NCBI GenBank assembly: GCA_000091165.1
Contig: FP565575.1
Coordinates: 810,001-842,000 of the forward strand
Source: Candidatus Methylomirabilis oxygeniifera
GTDB taxonomy: Bacteria; Methylomirabilota; Methylomirabilia; Methylomirabilales; Methylomirabilaceae
Length of the DNA stretch: 32,000 nt
Direction: 5' to 3'
In this document: positions 23,181-31,106 of the stretch, piece by piece
Layout of the letters: every line of letters starts with the position of its first letter
Position numbering within the stretch: position 1 is the first letter of the stretch
The notes under the pieces: model-generated
The model's database searches: none
The model's input: the letters and a program-made list of their open reading frames with translations, nothing else
Told to the model about the DNA's origin: nothing
Position numbers and translations under genes: made by a program

Positions 23181-24296
23181 ATGTATCCCGTTCTTACCGG
23201 ATTTGATCACCTGGTCTTTGCCGAGGCGCCCAAGCTGATCTATTGGGAGCTGACGCGGGCCTGCGACCTGGTGTGTACGCATTGTCGCGCTGAAGCCATC
23301 GCGGCGCGCGACCCATTTGAACTCAGCACGGCGGAGGCGAAGGCGCTGCTGGCTGATCTCCGGGCATTCGGCGAGCCGCCCCCGCAGCTTGTCATGACCG
23401 GAGGCGACCCGCTGAAGCGTCCGGATTTCTTCGAACTGTTACGGCACGGCAGGAGCATTGGGATGCCGGTATCCGTGGCGCCAAGCGGCACCCCGTTGTT
23501 GACAGCGGAGGCGATTGCGGCGTTGGCGGAAAACGGGGTCATGAGTATGTCGCTGAGCATCGACGGCGCAACGGCCGAGAGTCACGATCGGTTCCGCGGC
23601 GTCGCAGGGTGCTTCGAGACCACCATGCGCGCTATCGAGGCGGTCCGGGCAGCAGCGATCCCACTGCAGATCAACACCCTCGTCACCCCGGAAACCATGC
23701 CGGAGCTGCCCGGCGTGTTCCGGTTGCTCCGGGACCTGGGGATTATGCGGTGGAGTCTCTTTTATCTGATCGCCACGGGGCGAGGTCGAGCCCTTCGCGA
23801 GATCAGGCCCAGCGAGGCTGAGGCGCTTCACAACTGGATCTACGACATCGTCAGGACTGCCCCCTTCGCTATTAAGGCGACGGAGGCCCCGCACTTTCGC
23901 CGTGTCGCGTATATGCGAATGCGACTGGAAGGCCTGGATGACGCCGCGATCCGGCAGACGCCCATCGGACGGGGGTTCGGTATCCGCGACGGCAATGGGA
24001 TCATGTTTATCTCACACACCGGGGACGTCTATCCGTCCGGGTTTCTGCCGGTGACGGCGGGGAATGTGCGTCGGCAGAGTCCCGTCACGATCTATCGCGA
24101 ATCGGAGGTTTTTACACGCCTACGCGATGCCGATCAATATGGCGGTAAGTGCGGCATGTGCGAGTTTCGCTGGGTGTGCGGCGGATCGCGGGCCCGTGCC
24201 TTCGCGGAGACGGGCGATCCGAATGGAAGCGATCCGCTGTGCGCCTATAGGCCGGAGGCTGCGCTGGCAGGGGCGGCGGACGGCGATCGAGAATAG
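23181..24296 (+). CDS. radical SAM/SPASM-domain protein, NirJ/AhbC/AhbD-like
   Basis: ATG at 23181 follows AAGGAGG. CX3CX2C motif in YWELTRACDLVCTHC. Also TGGDPLKRPDF, SLSIDG...HDRFRG, LIATGRG, and a C-terminal SPASM-type CGMCEFRWVCGGSRARAF...DPLC. Confidence 0.85.
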   Translation: MYPVLTGFDHLVFAEAPKLIYWELTRACDLVCTHCRAEAIAARDPFELSTAEAKALLADLRAFGEPPPQLVMTGGDPLKRPDFFELLRHGRSIGMPVSVAPSGTPLLTAEAIAALAENGVMSMSLSIDGATAESHDRFRGVAGCFETTMRAIEAVRAAAIPLQINTLVTPETMPELPGVFRLLRDLGIMRWSLFYLIATGRGRALREIRPSEAEALHNWIYDIVRTAPFAIKATEAPHFRRVAYMRMRLEGLDDAAIRQTPIGRGFGIRDGNGIMFISHTGDVYPSGFLPVTAGNVRRQSPVTIYRESEVFTRLRDADQYGGKCGMCEFRWVCGGSRARAFAETGDPNGSDPLCAYRPEAALAGAADGDRE

Positions 24297-24511
24297 GCGT
24301 CTGACCGATCACCCGGCTATTCCTTCATTCTACCCAATTGGGCATGCAGATGCTCTAGCCGATTGGTGATATCGGATATACATTGTGTGTAGGAGATGTG
24401 GCGCGATAAGCATCAGGCCGTAGTGTGTAAGGAGCTTATAGCGCTTCGACAAGGGACGGAAGGTTACGTATGCAGCCGACCCGAAGGCGGCGCAGCCGAC
24501 AGGAGGGACGA

Positions 24512-24979
24512 ATGCAGATTTCACGGATCCTTTTTCCGACCGACTTCTCCCATGATGCCGAGCACGCATTCCAGTACGCGCTCACCTTTGCCCGCGAGTT
24601 CGGCGCCGAACTCCACCTGCTTCACGTCATCTACTTCCCCCCCCAGACACCCGAGTACGACATCGGACAGGTGATCGACGGCCTGGTCAAGAATGCTGAA
24701 ACCAGCCTGAACAAGCTGGTTGAGAGCGTTCCGGATCCGCACCCGATCTTCCACATGGACGTACAGGTGGGGGTGGAGCACATCGAGATCACGAAGTGTG
24801 CCGAGCGGGAAAAGATTGATCTCATTGTGATGGGGACCCGTGGACGGACCGGGCTGTCGCATGTCTTTCTGGGAAGTGTCGCCGAGCGGGTGGTTCGTCA
24901 TGCCTCCTGCCCCGTCCTGACCGTCAAGGTCCCGGCGCGGAAAGGCGGCGAGACCGCGAAAGGGGAGTCAGCGACATGA
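24512..24979 (+). CDS. universal stress protein (UspA family, single domain)
   Basis: AGGAGGG lies 4 nt upstream. MQISRILFPTDFS...LHLLHV...DLIVMGTRGRTGLSHVFLGSVAERVVRHASCPVLTV. Confidence 0.9.
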   Translation: MQISRILFPTDFSHDAEHAFQYALTFAREFGAELHLLHVIYFPPQTPEYDIGQVIDGLVKNAETSLNKLVESVPDPHPIFHMDVQVGVEHIEITKCAEREKIDLIVMGTRGRTGLSHVFLGSVAERVVRHASCPVLTVKVPARKGGETAKGESAT

Positions 24980-26094
24980 CGGTGCAGCACAAGGCGTTGG
25001 CCCGGTATCTCGAAGCGGCCCTTGGCGGCGTTGTCCAGGTGCAGGCTGTTCGGCCGCTGACGGGCGACGAGCCGTCCATCGTTGGGAAGGAGCTTGGGGT
25101 GTTACAGAGTCACGATTTGAAGGCGTTCGGCTACGGCCGGCCGATCCAGATCGATCTGCTTCTGAACGGCTTTCCCCGCTCCTACGTCCTGTCCACGATG
25201 CGGAGCGGTTCAGGCTTTGGCCACGACCACAAGGCCGACCGGGCGGGCGCCCTGATTTGGGCGCATGATGCCTACGGGAAGCTCGCGCGCCACGTGGGGA
25301 GCGTTGACGTCGGCTTCTTCACGCGCGAGGGACAGTTGCAATCGGCCGGGGGCGCGGAGGAGTATTTCCTTCTGATGGAGAAGGTCGAAGGGGCCGCGTA
25401 TTGGCTGGATCTGGAGCGAATTCAGTCGGAGGGGAAAGCAATTGACCTGGACTTCGACCGCGCCGGGGCGCTGGCGGAACATCTGGCGACGATCCATGCC
25501 GAGAAACGCCAGGATGAACAACTGTACTTCCGTCGGATTCGGGATCTGATCGGCCATGGCGAGGGGATCATGGGGATCCTCGACGGTTATCCGACCGATT
25601 ATCCTCTTCTCCCGTGCAAACAGCAGTATGTTGTCGAGTGCGGATGTGTAGCCTGGCGACAATACCTGAAAGAGAAGACCGCGCGGTTGAGCATCGTCCA
25701 TGGGGATTTCCACCCCTGGAATATCCTCTTCCGACAGGGGACCGATTTCACACTGCTTGACCGAAGTCGTGGGGAGTGGGGGGAGCCGGCCGATGACATC
25801 GCGGCTCTCAGCATCAATTTCCTCCTCTTCTCGCTTTTGCGGTCGGGTTGCGTGGAGGGGCCGTTCCGGGAGCTGTTCGATTGCTTCTATAGTACGTACC
25901 TTGAGCGGACCGGCGATCTGGAGCTGAACCTGGTGATTCCACCCTTCTATGTCTTTCGGGCTCTGGTCATCGCGAGTCCGCGTTGGTACCCGGACCTTCC
26001 GGAGGATGTGCGCGTCAAACTGTTCCGGTTTGTCCGGACGATGCTTCGGGCCGAGCAGTTCGATCACAGGGATCTCAATCGATATCTGTTGTAA
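24976..26094 (+). CDS. phosphotransferase of the APH/choline-kinase (protein-kinase-like) fold, substrate unknown
   Basis: ATGA overlap with the USP gene. Brenner-type catalytic motif IVHGDFHPWNILF followed by LLDRSRGEWGEPADDIA. The N-lobe is not canonical. Confidence 0.8.
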   Translation: MTVQHKALARYLEAALGGVVQVQAVRPLTGDEPSIVGKELGVLQSHDLKAFGYGRPIQIDLLLNGFPRSYVLSTMRSGSGFGHDHKADRAGALIWAHDAYGKLARHVGSVDVGFFTREGQLQSAGGAEEYFLLMEKVEGAAYWLDLERIQSEGKAIDLDFDRAGALAEHLATIHAEKRQDEQLYFRRIRDLIGHGEGIMGILDGYPTDYPLLPCKQQYVVECGCVAWRQYLKEKTARLSIVHGDFHPWNILFRQGTDFTLLDRSRGEWGEPADDIAALSINFLLFSLLRSGCVEGPFRELFDCFYSTYLERTGDLELNLVIPPFYVFRALVIASPRWYPDLPEDVRVKLFRFVRTMLRAEQFDHRDLNRYLL

Positions 26095-26104
26095 GGAGAT
26101 CACA

Positions 26105-26704
26105 GTGGCGTGGGTGGCGTGGTTGACGGGACTGCCCGGAAGCGGCAAGAGCAGCGTCGGCCGAGAGGTTGCTCGTCGTCTGGAGGCGCGCGGGGCCAGG
26201 GTGCGGGTGCTGGAGCTCGATGAGATCCGACGGGTCGTCACCCCTTCGCCAGGCTATACGGCCCAGGAACGCGAGGTCGTCTATCGCGCGCTGGCCTACA
26301 TGGCGTGGCTGCTCTACCGTGAAGGGGTCAGCGTGATCATCGACGCAACGGCCCACAGGCGGCGATTTCGTGATCTGGCCCGCGCGCTGATTCCTGGTTT
26401 TGCCGAGATCTATCTGCGCGCGTCGCTGCCGACGTGTCGCGCGCGGGCGGGACATCGACACGGCGGCTACGCCCCTGCCGACGTCTATGGGCAAGCGGGC
26501 CGTGAGGGATCGACTGTTCCGGGCGTCGATGAGATGTACGAGCCGCCGCATCACGCCGAGCTGATGCTCGACACCGACGAACTTCAGGTGACGGACGCCG
26601 CGGAACAGGCGGTGAGGTTTCTCGAGGCATTTCAGGACGGCCAGGCTGCCGTGTTGGTGAGCACGGGTTCTCACAACAGGCCGGCCGCGGAGGGAGGGCG
26701 ATGA
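26105..26704 (+). CDS. P-loop kinase, adenylyl-sulfate (APS) kinase-like but divergent
   Basis: GTG at 26105 with AAGGAG 6 nt upstream, 10 nt after the preceding stop. WLTGLPGSGKSS P-loop, LELDEIRR, YTAQEREVVYRAL, FAEIYLRASL, PGVDEMYEPP resemble the APS kinase layout, but the DPKGLY-type segment is not conserved. Confidence 0.7.
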   Translation: MAWVAWLTGLPGSGKSSVGREVARRLEARGARVRVLELDEIRRVVTPSPGYTAQEREVVYRALAYMAWLLYREGVSVIIDATAHRRRFRDLARALIPGFAEIYLRASLPTCRARAGHRHGGYAPADVYGQAGREGSTVPGVDEMYEPPHHAELMLDTDELQVTDAAEQAVRFLEAFQDGQAAVLVSTGSHNRPAAEGGR

Positions 26705-26973
26705 GCGCGATGCCGAACCCACAGGTGTTGGAACGCATCGGTGAGCAGGGTGAGCGAAGTGAGGCATGCCCCTACTTGAAACGAGCCATTCTCACCTCCC
26801 GGTATCCCATCGAGGGGTACTGTGTCGCGCACCCGCATGGGAGACTTCGGGTTGTGACGATCGGCGAATTCCGTGAGTTGTGCACAACAGCCGAGTATGT
26901 TCAGTGTCAACTGTATCGCGAACTGCGCGATCGGGGGCCGGCCGAGGAAGATCCGGGATGCGCAGCAACCTGA
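26701..26973 (+). CDS. small Cys-containing protein (hypothetical, 90 aa)
   Basis: ATGA overlap with the upstream kinase gene implies coupling. Cys pattern CPYL...GYC...C...C...C. No family recognised. Confidence 0.6.
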   Translation: MSAMPNPQVLERIGEQGERSEACPYLKRAILTSRYPIEGYCVAHPHGRLRVVTIGEFRELCTTAEYVQCQLYRELRDRGPAEEDPGCAAT

Positions 26974-27077
26974 TCTGAAAGGGAGTCCCCTCACGCCCTT
27001 TCGGCGGCGCTGAGTGCTGACCACTGAATGCTATTTTCAAAGGAACACCTTATGCGGTCTCGGCCGCACCACGACGC

Positions 27078-27208
27078 ACGAAAACCCCCTCAATCCCCCT
27101 TTACGAAAGGGGGAGGTAAGGAAACGTATGAGTATCCCCCGTTTTGAAAGGGGGGTCTGGGGGGTTTGTCTGAAGTGGACGGCTGAGTGCTGGTTGCTGA
27201 ACACTCTT
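27078..27208 (+). repeat. repeat family R1, copy B
   Basis: Same orientation and same two hairpins as 5084-5208 (CCCCCTTTACGAAAGGGGG; CCCCCGTTTTGAAAGGGGGG). It ends about 25 nt before the hsp20 start. Confidence 0.8.
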
Positions 27209-27231
27209 TTCCACGGGAAGGAGGAACGACC

Positions 27232-27675
27232 ATGGCGCTCACAAAGTGGACACCCTTCGGTGATTTGACCACGTTCAGGCGAGAGATGGACCGAGTGTTC
27301 GAGCGATTTTTCGGTGAGCTGCCTCGTCTGGACCTGTCCGGGGCGGGATGGACTCCGCATCTGGACATGACCGAAACCAAGGACCGCGTGATGGTAAAGG
27401 CGGAGCTGCCCGGGCTGGACGCCAAAGACCTGGATATCACCATCTCCGGGAACACGCTGACCCTGAAGGGGGAGAAGCGGCACGTGAAAGAGGAACACGA
27501 CGAACACCACCACCTGCTTGAGCGTGCGTATGGCGCGTTTACGCGAACGGTCGAACTGCCGGCGCCGGTAGCCTCCGATAAAATCAAAGCAGCCTTTAAG
27601 GACGGGGTGCTGACCATCACCCTTCCAAAGACAGAGGAAGCCAAGCGAAAGGCGATTCCGATTCAGATCGAATGA
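27232..27675 (+). CDS. hsp20: Hsp20/alpha-crystallin family small heat-shock protein
   Basis: GGAAGGAGGA lies 6 nt upstream. WTPHLDMTETKDRVMVKAELPGLDAKDLDITISGNTLTLKGEK...FTRTVELP...AAFKDGVLTITLPK. Confidence 0.93.
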   Translation: MALTKWTPFGDLTTFRREMDRVFERFFGELPRLDLSGAGWTPHLDMTETKDRVMVKAELPGLDAKDLDITISGNTLTLKGEKRHVKEEHDEHHHLLERAYGAFTRTVELPAPVASDKIKAAFKDGVLTITLPKTEEAKRKAIPIQIE

Positions 27676-27760
27676 ATAGCGCGAAGTGCGTGGTGCGACG
27701 TGTCATGTACGTCGCGTCTCGGACTGTTCGCATCGCACCGCGCACCGGGAGGAACGTCCC

Positions 27761-28279
27761 ATGAAGACAGCCATAGTTGCGCGCAGGCATTACGACACTG
27801 CATCGTCCAAGAAGAGCGTAGATACCGAGACCGATTCTTATCTGGCCAAAGGTGCGCCCGGTAAGATGGTCTGTCACGGGTGTCATGCTATTTCAACGGG
27901 GAAGCGATGGTATCAGGATGAGGCAGTCTATGCCAAGCTTCTCAAAGCAGGAACGGTCAAAGAGATCTTCTGCCCGGCGTGTGAAAAGATTCGTGACGGC
28001 TATCCCAGCGGGCAGGTGACGCTGAAGGGACCATTCCTGGCTGAGCATCAGGATGAGATCCTGCACATCATTACCAACGAGGAGAAACGGGCCAGGGAGC
28101 GCAATCCGCTTCACCGGATCATGGGCCTCCGCGAGGAGAACGGACAGCTTGAGCTGACGACAACCGACGAGAAGCTGGCGCAGCGGATCGGACGGGAGCT
28201 TCACAAGGCCTGCGGAGGAACCGTCGCATACGGTTGGTCGCATGACAACAAATTCCTCCGGGTGCAGTGGGAGCGTTAA
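27761..28279 (+). CDS. zinc-ribbon protein resembling the BCAM0308 family (function unknown)
   Basis: GGGAGGA lies 7 nt upstream. CHGC...GKRWY...CPACEKIRDGYPSGQVTLKG.F...H.DEIL.II.NEE...ERNPLHRIM...LELTTTDEKLAQRIGRELHKA.GG...Y.....FLRVQWER matches my memory of that family. Confidence 0.7.
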   Translation: MKTAIVARRHYDTASSKKSVDTETDSYLAKGAPGKMVCHGCHAISTGKRWYQDEAVYAKLLKAGTVKEIFCPACEKIRDGYPSGQVTLKGPFLAEHQDEILHIITNEEKRARERNPLHRIMGLREENGQLELTTTDEKLAQRIGRELHKACGGTVAYGWSHDNKFLRVQWER

Positions 28280-28296
28280 GCATAAGAGGCAGACCG

Positions 28297-29499
28297 ATGC
28301 CGCAGGTGCGTATCCAGAGGTTGCAGCAGCCATGCATCGGCGAGCAGCGGGTCGAGATCGTCGAGCGGAAAGGGCTGGGCCATCCCGATTCGATCTGCGA
28401 TGCGGTGATGGAAACGGCCGCGCGGGCCATCAACGCCGAATATCAACGGCGCTTCGGTCGGGTCCTTCACAACAATATCGACAAGGGACTGCTGGTGGCC
28501 GGGCGGGTGCGGCGGCGTCTCGGTGGGGGGCGTGTGCTGCAACCGATGGAGTTGGTGATCGGCGATCGCGCGACGTTCCGTGTCGGGAAGGTCCGCGTGC
28601 CGATCAAGGAGATCGCGGTCGAGGCGGCCAAGGAATGGTTCCGCCAGTCGTTGCGACATGTGGACCCGAACCGGCATCTGCGGTACCGGGTGGTGCTCGC
28701 GGAGGGCTCCGACGAATTGGCGGATATCTTCAAGCGAGAGGGTGTGAGAGAATCCAATGATACCTCGGCGGCTGTCGGCTATGCCCCCCTGAGCGAGACT
28801 GAACAGATGGTCCTGTGGGTGGAGCGATATCTGAACTCCACCGGCTTCAAGGCGGCGTGGCCTGAAACTGGAGAGGATGTGAAGGTCATGGGAATCCGCT
28901 CAGACCGGGAGCTGAATCTGACGATTGCCATGCCGCTCCTGTGTAAGGCGATTGCGTCTGAAGCAGCCTATTTCCGCAAGAAGGCGGAGATTGTGCAGGC
29001 GCTGCGCCAGGCGCTGCCGCCCTCGCCTGGCCTGGACACAATTGATCTGGTTCTGAACCCGCTGGATCGGGAGGGTCGCGGGCTGGGCGGTATGTATCTC
29101 TCGTTGCTCGGGACCTCAGCGGAGGACGCCGATTCCGGGCAGGTGGGAAGGGGTAATCGTGTCAATGGGGTGATTCCCCTGAACCGGCCGGTAGGTGGAG
29201 AGGCGGCGGCCGGGAAGAATCCGGTCAGCCACATCGGCAAGATCTATACCGTCCTGTCGCACCGGATGGCCGATCAGATCTACCGACAGGTCGATGGGGT
29301 GCGTGAAGTGTACGTCTGGCTTGTTGGTCGGATCGGCCAACCGGTCGATCAGCCGTGGGTAGCGGTCCAACTGATCCAGACGTCTGATGCGGAGTGCGAG
29401 CGAATTAAGCAGGAGTCCACGCTGGTGATCGATCACGAACTGAACCGCTTGAACGAGTTTTGTACGGAATTAACCGAGGGGAAGTATCCGGTTTGTTGA
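28297..29499 (+). CDS. mat: archaeal-type S-adenosylmethionine synthetase (MAT, PF01941-like)
   Basis: AAGAGG lies 7 nt upstream. Aligns along its length with the remembered M. jannaschii MAT: VEIVERKGLGHPDSICD, NDTSAAVGYAPLSETE, GEDVKVMG, LLGTSAEDADSGQVGRGNRVNG, AAGKNPVSHIGKIY. It does not resemble bacterial MetK. Confidence 0.9.
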   Translation: MPQVRIQRLQQPCIGEQRVEIVERKGLGHPDSICDAVMETAARAINAEYQRRFGRVLHNNIDKGLLVAGRVRRRLGGGRVLQPMELVIGDRATFRVGKVRVPIKEIAVEAAKEWFRQSLRHVDPNRHLRYRVVLAEGSDELADIFKREGVRESNDTSAAVGYAPLSETEQMVLWVERYLNSTGFKAAWPETGEDVKVMGIRSDRELNLTIAMPLLCKAIASEAAYFRKKAEIVQALRQALPPSPGLDTIDLVLNPLDREGRGLGGMYLSLLGTSAEDADSGQVGRGNRVNGVIPLNRPVGGEAAAGKNPVSHIGKIYTVLSHRMADQIYRQVDGVREVYVWLVGRIGQPVDQPWVAVQLIQTSDAECERIKQESTLVIDHELNRLNEFCTELTEGKYPVC

Positions 29500-29520
29500 G
29501 GCCAAGGAAAGGAGCCGACG

Positions 29521-30165
29521 ATGCGAGTGAAGGATCGAATGAGGCGCTCACTGGTGAGTGTCGCACAATCCGATACATTGGATCATGCGCTGACAACGTT
29601 AAAGCGGTTCAATATCCGCCATCTTCCGGTGGTCAAGGGCGACCATGTGGTGGGGATTGTATCGGATCGTGACGTGAAGAAGGCCGCCCCCTCTCCCTTT
29701 GACTATCCGACTGCGGAGGAGTTTCGAGCCTTTACATCCGCAGTGAGTATCAAGGATATCATGACGAAGGAGGTGATTACGGTTGCTCCGCTCACTCCCA
29801 TCGAGGAGGCGGCCAGCCTAATGAGCCAGAAACGTATCGGAGCGCTGCCGGTCGTCCAGGAGGGAAGGCTGATCGGAATGCTTACCGAGACCGATGTCCT
29901 GGGTGTCATCACTGAGATGATGGGAGCGACACAGACCGGGTCTCGCATTGAGATTGAGATTCCCGCAAGTCCGGGAACGCTGACCGAGGTGATGGGGATC
30001 GTTGAGGCGCAGCAGGTGGAGATTGCCAGCCTTGTGACGCTGCCGGCTCGTGAAGGGGCGAGGCGTCTTGTGATCTTGAGGCTTCGGACCATCAATCCTG
30101 ACCCCGTCGTCAGAGCGTTGGAAGCGCGCGGCTATCCTCAGGTTGTCGGTGAGTTCGTACACTAA
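29521..30165 (+). CDS. CBS pair plus C-terminal ACT-like domain protein (AcuB-like)
   Basis: AAGGAAAGGAG lies upstream. Two CBS modules (IRHLPVVKGDHVVGIVSDRDV; IGALPVVQEGRLIGMLTETDVL), then SRIEIEIPASPGTLTEVMGIV...LVILRLRT, typical of an ACT fold. Confidence 0.85.
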   Translation: MRVKDRMRRSLVSVAQSDTLDHALTTLKRFNIRHLPVVKGDHVVGIVSDRDVKKAAPSPFDYPTAEEFRAFTSAVSIKDIMTKEVITVAPLTPIEEAASLMSQKRIGALPVVQEGRLIGMLTETDVLGVITEMMGATQTGSRIEIEIPASPGTLTEVMGIVEAQQVEIASLVTLPAREGARRLVILRLRTINPDPVVRALEARGYPQVVGEFVH

Positions 30166-30171
30166 TACCCT

Positions 30172-30201
30172 CACCCGAACCCTCTCCCAGAGGGAGAGGG
30201 G
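30172..30201 (+). terminator. repeat family R5 hairpin CCCTCTCCC-aga-GGGAGAGGG just after the CBS-ACT stop
   Basis: 9-bp G/C-rich stem at 30180-30188 / 30192-30200, with no U-tract. A shorter relative, ACCCTC-tca-GAGGGT, occurs at 10644-10658. Confidence 0.45.
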
Positions 30202-30266
30202 AACAATGGGTTAGGGTGCGAGTGGAAATAGGCAAGGGATGTACGACTCAGGACACGAGTGCCGTC

Positions 30267-31079
30267 ATGCAGAAGATTCTCATGAGTGTAGACGGCTCGT
30301 TCGCCGCAGAGGCGGGCGCGCGCTATGCCCTTGCGCTGGCCAAGGCCTGCGGAGCGGACCTTGATCTGCTCTTTGTTGCGGGGGATCAATCGGCCGGCGC
30401 GATGAGAAGCGCCAAGGAGTCGCTGCTGCGCCTGCTTCGGCAGGCGCATGCGCTTGGTCTTACCGCGCGAAGCGTGACGGAGATCGGCGATCCGATCCGA
30501 GTGATGCGGGACTACGTGGCGCGCGAAGGGATTACGCTGGCTATGGCATCCGTCACCGGACCGGAGGCGGCGCGTCGTCTCCTTCGCGAGGTTCCCTGCG
30601 CCATGCTGCTGGTGCGGGTGGTCCATCCCGGACGGATGGCGTCGCCGCACGAAATTCTGGTCCCGGTCTACGGCGGTGAGTTTGAAGGCGGCGGCCTCGA
30701 GGCGGCGGCCGATCTCCTGGCCAATCTTGGCGGATTCTGGCAGGCCCGTATCGTCCTTTTCCGGTTGAGGCAGCCGCTGGCGCGGCTGTTCGACCGCCCG
30801 CGCGTTGGCGAGGAGACGCCGGAACAGGCGGAACGCACGCTGCGTCCGTTTATCGCTGCGCTGTCCCGCCGGGGTCTGGCGCCTGGGACGCGGGTCTCGT
30901 TGGGCCGTCGTCACGGTCCTGGTATCACGGCTGAGGCGGCGGCCAGGCGTCATGATCTCATCTTTCTGGGGACGAAGGGGCCGAAGAGTGTTCTGCAATG
31001 GCTGCGTCGCGGAACCGTCGACCATGTAATGCGGAAGAGCCCGTGCGATCTGATGCTCTTCCGTCCCGCTGCCGCCTGA
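30267..31079 (+). CDS. tandem-domain universal stress protein
   Basis: Start MQKILMSVDGS fits the USP N-terminus; the 17 upstream track codons are unlikely. There is a second USP-like half (ILVPVYGG...DLIFLGTKGPKSVLQWLRRGTVDHVMRKSPCDLMLF). SD is weak. Confidence 0.8.
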   Translation: MQKILMSVDGSFAAEAGARYALALAKACGADLDLLFVAGDQSAGAMRSAKESLLRLLRQAHALGLTARSVTEIGDPIRVMRDYVAREGITLAMASVTGPEAARRLLREVPCAMLLVRVVHPGRMASPHEILVPVYGGEFEGGGLEAAADLLANLGGFWQARIVLFRLRQPLARLFDRPRVGEETPEQAERTLRPFIAALSRRGLAPGTRVSLGRRHGPGITAEAAARRHDLIFLGTKGPKSVLQWLRRGTVDHVMRKSPCDLMLFRPAAA

Positions 31080-31106
31080 GATCGTACGGGCGGGGGATGA
31101 GCGACC

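Noticed and set aside
24297-24511. Searched the USP operon upstream region for DosR-box (TTSGGGACTWWAGTCCCSAA) or FNR/CRP (TTGAT-N4-ATCAA) sites.
   Set aside because: Only a lone GGGAC half-site (near 24455) and a weak CCGAT-N7-ATCGG palindrome (near 24360) were seen; neither is convincing.
27176-27190. GG-N10-GC spacing (TGGACGGCTGAGTGC) inside R1 copy B upstream of hsp20. Considered as a second sigma54 promoter.
   Set aside because: Only the GG/GC dinucleotides and TGC match. The flanking consensus is poor, and the cusA copy of the repeat has TG instead of GG.
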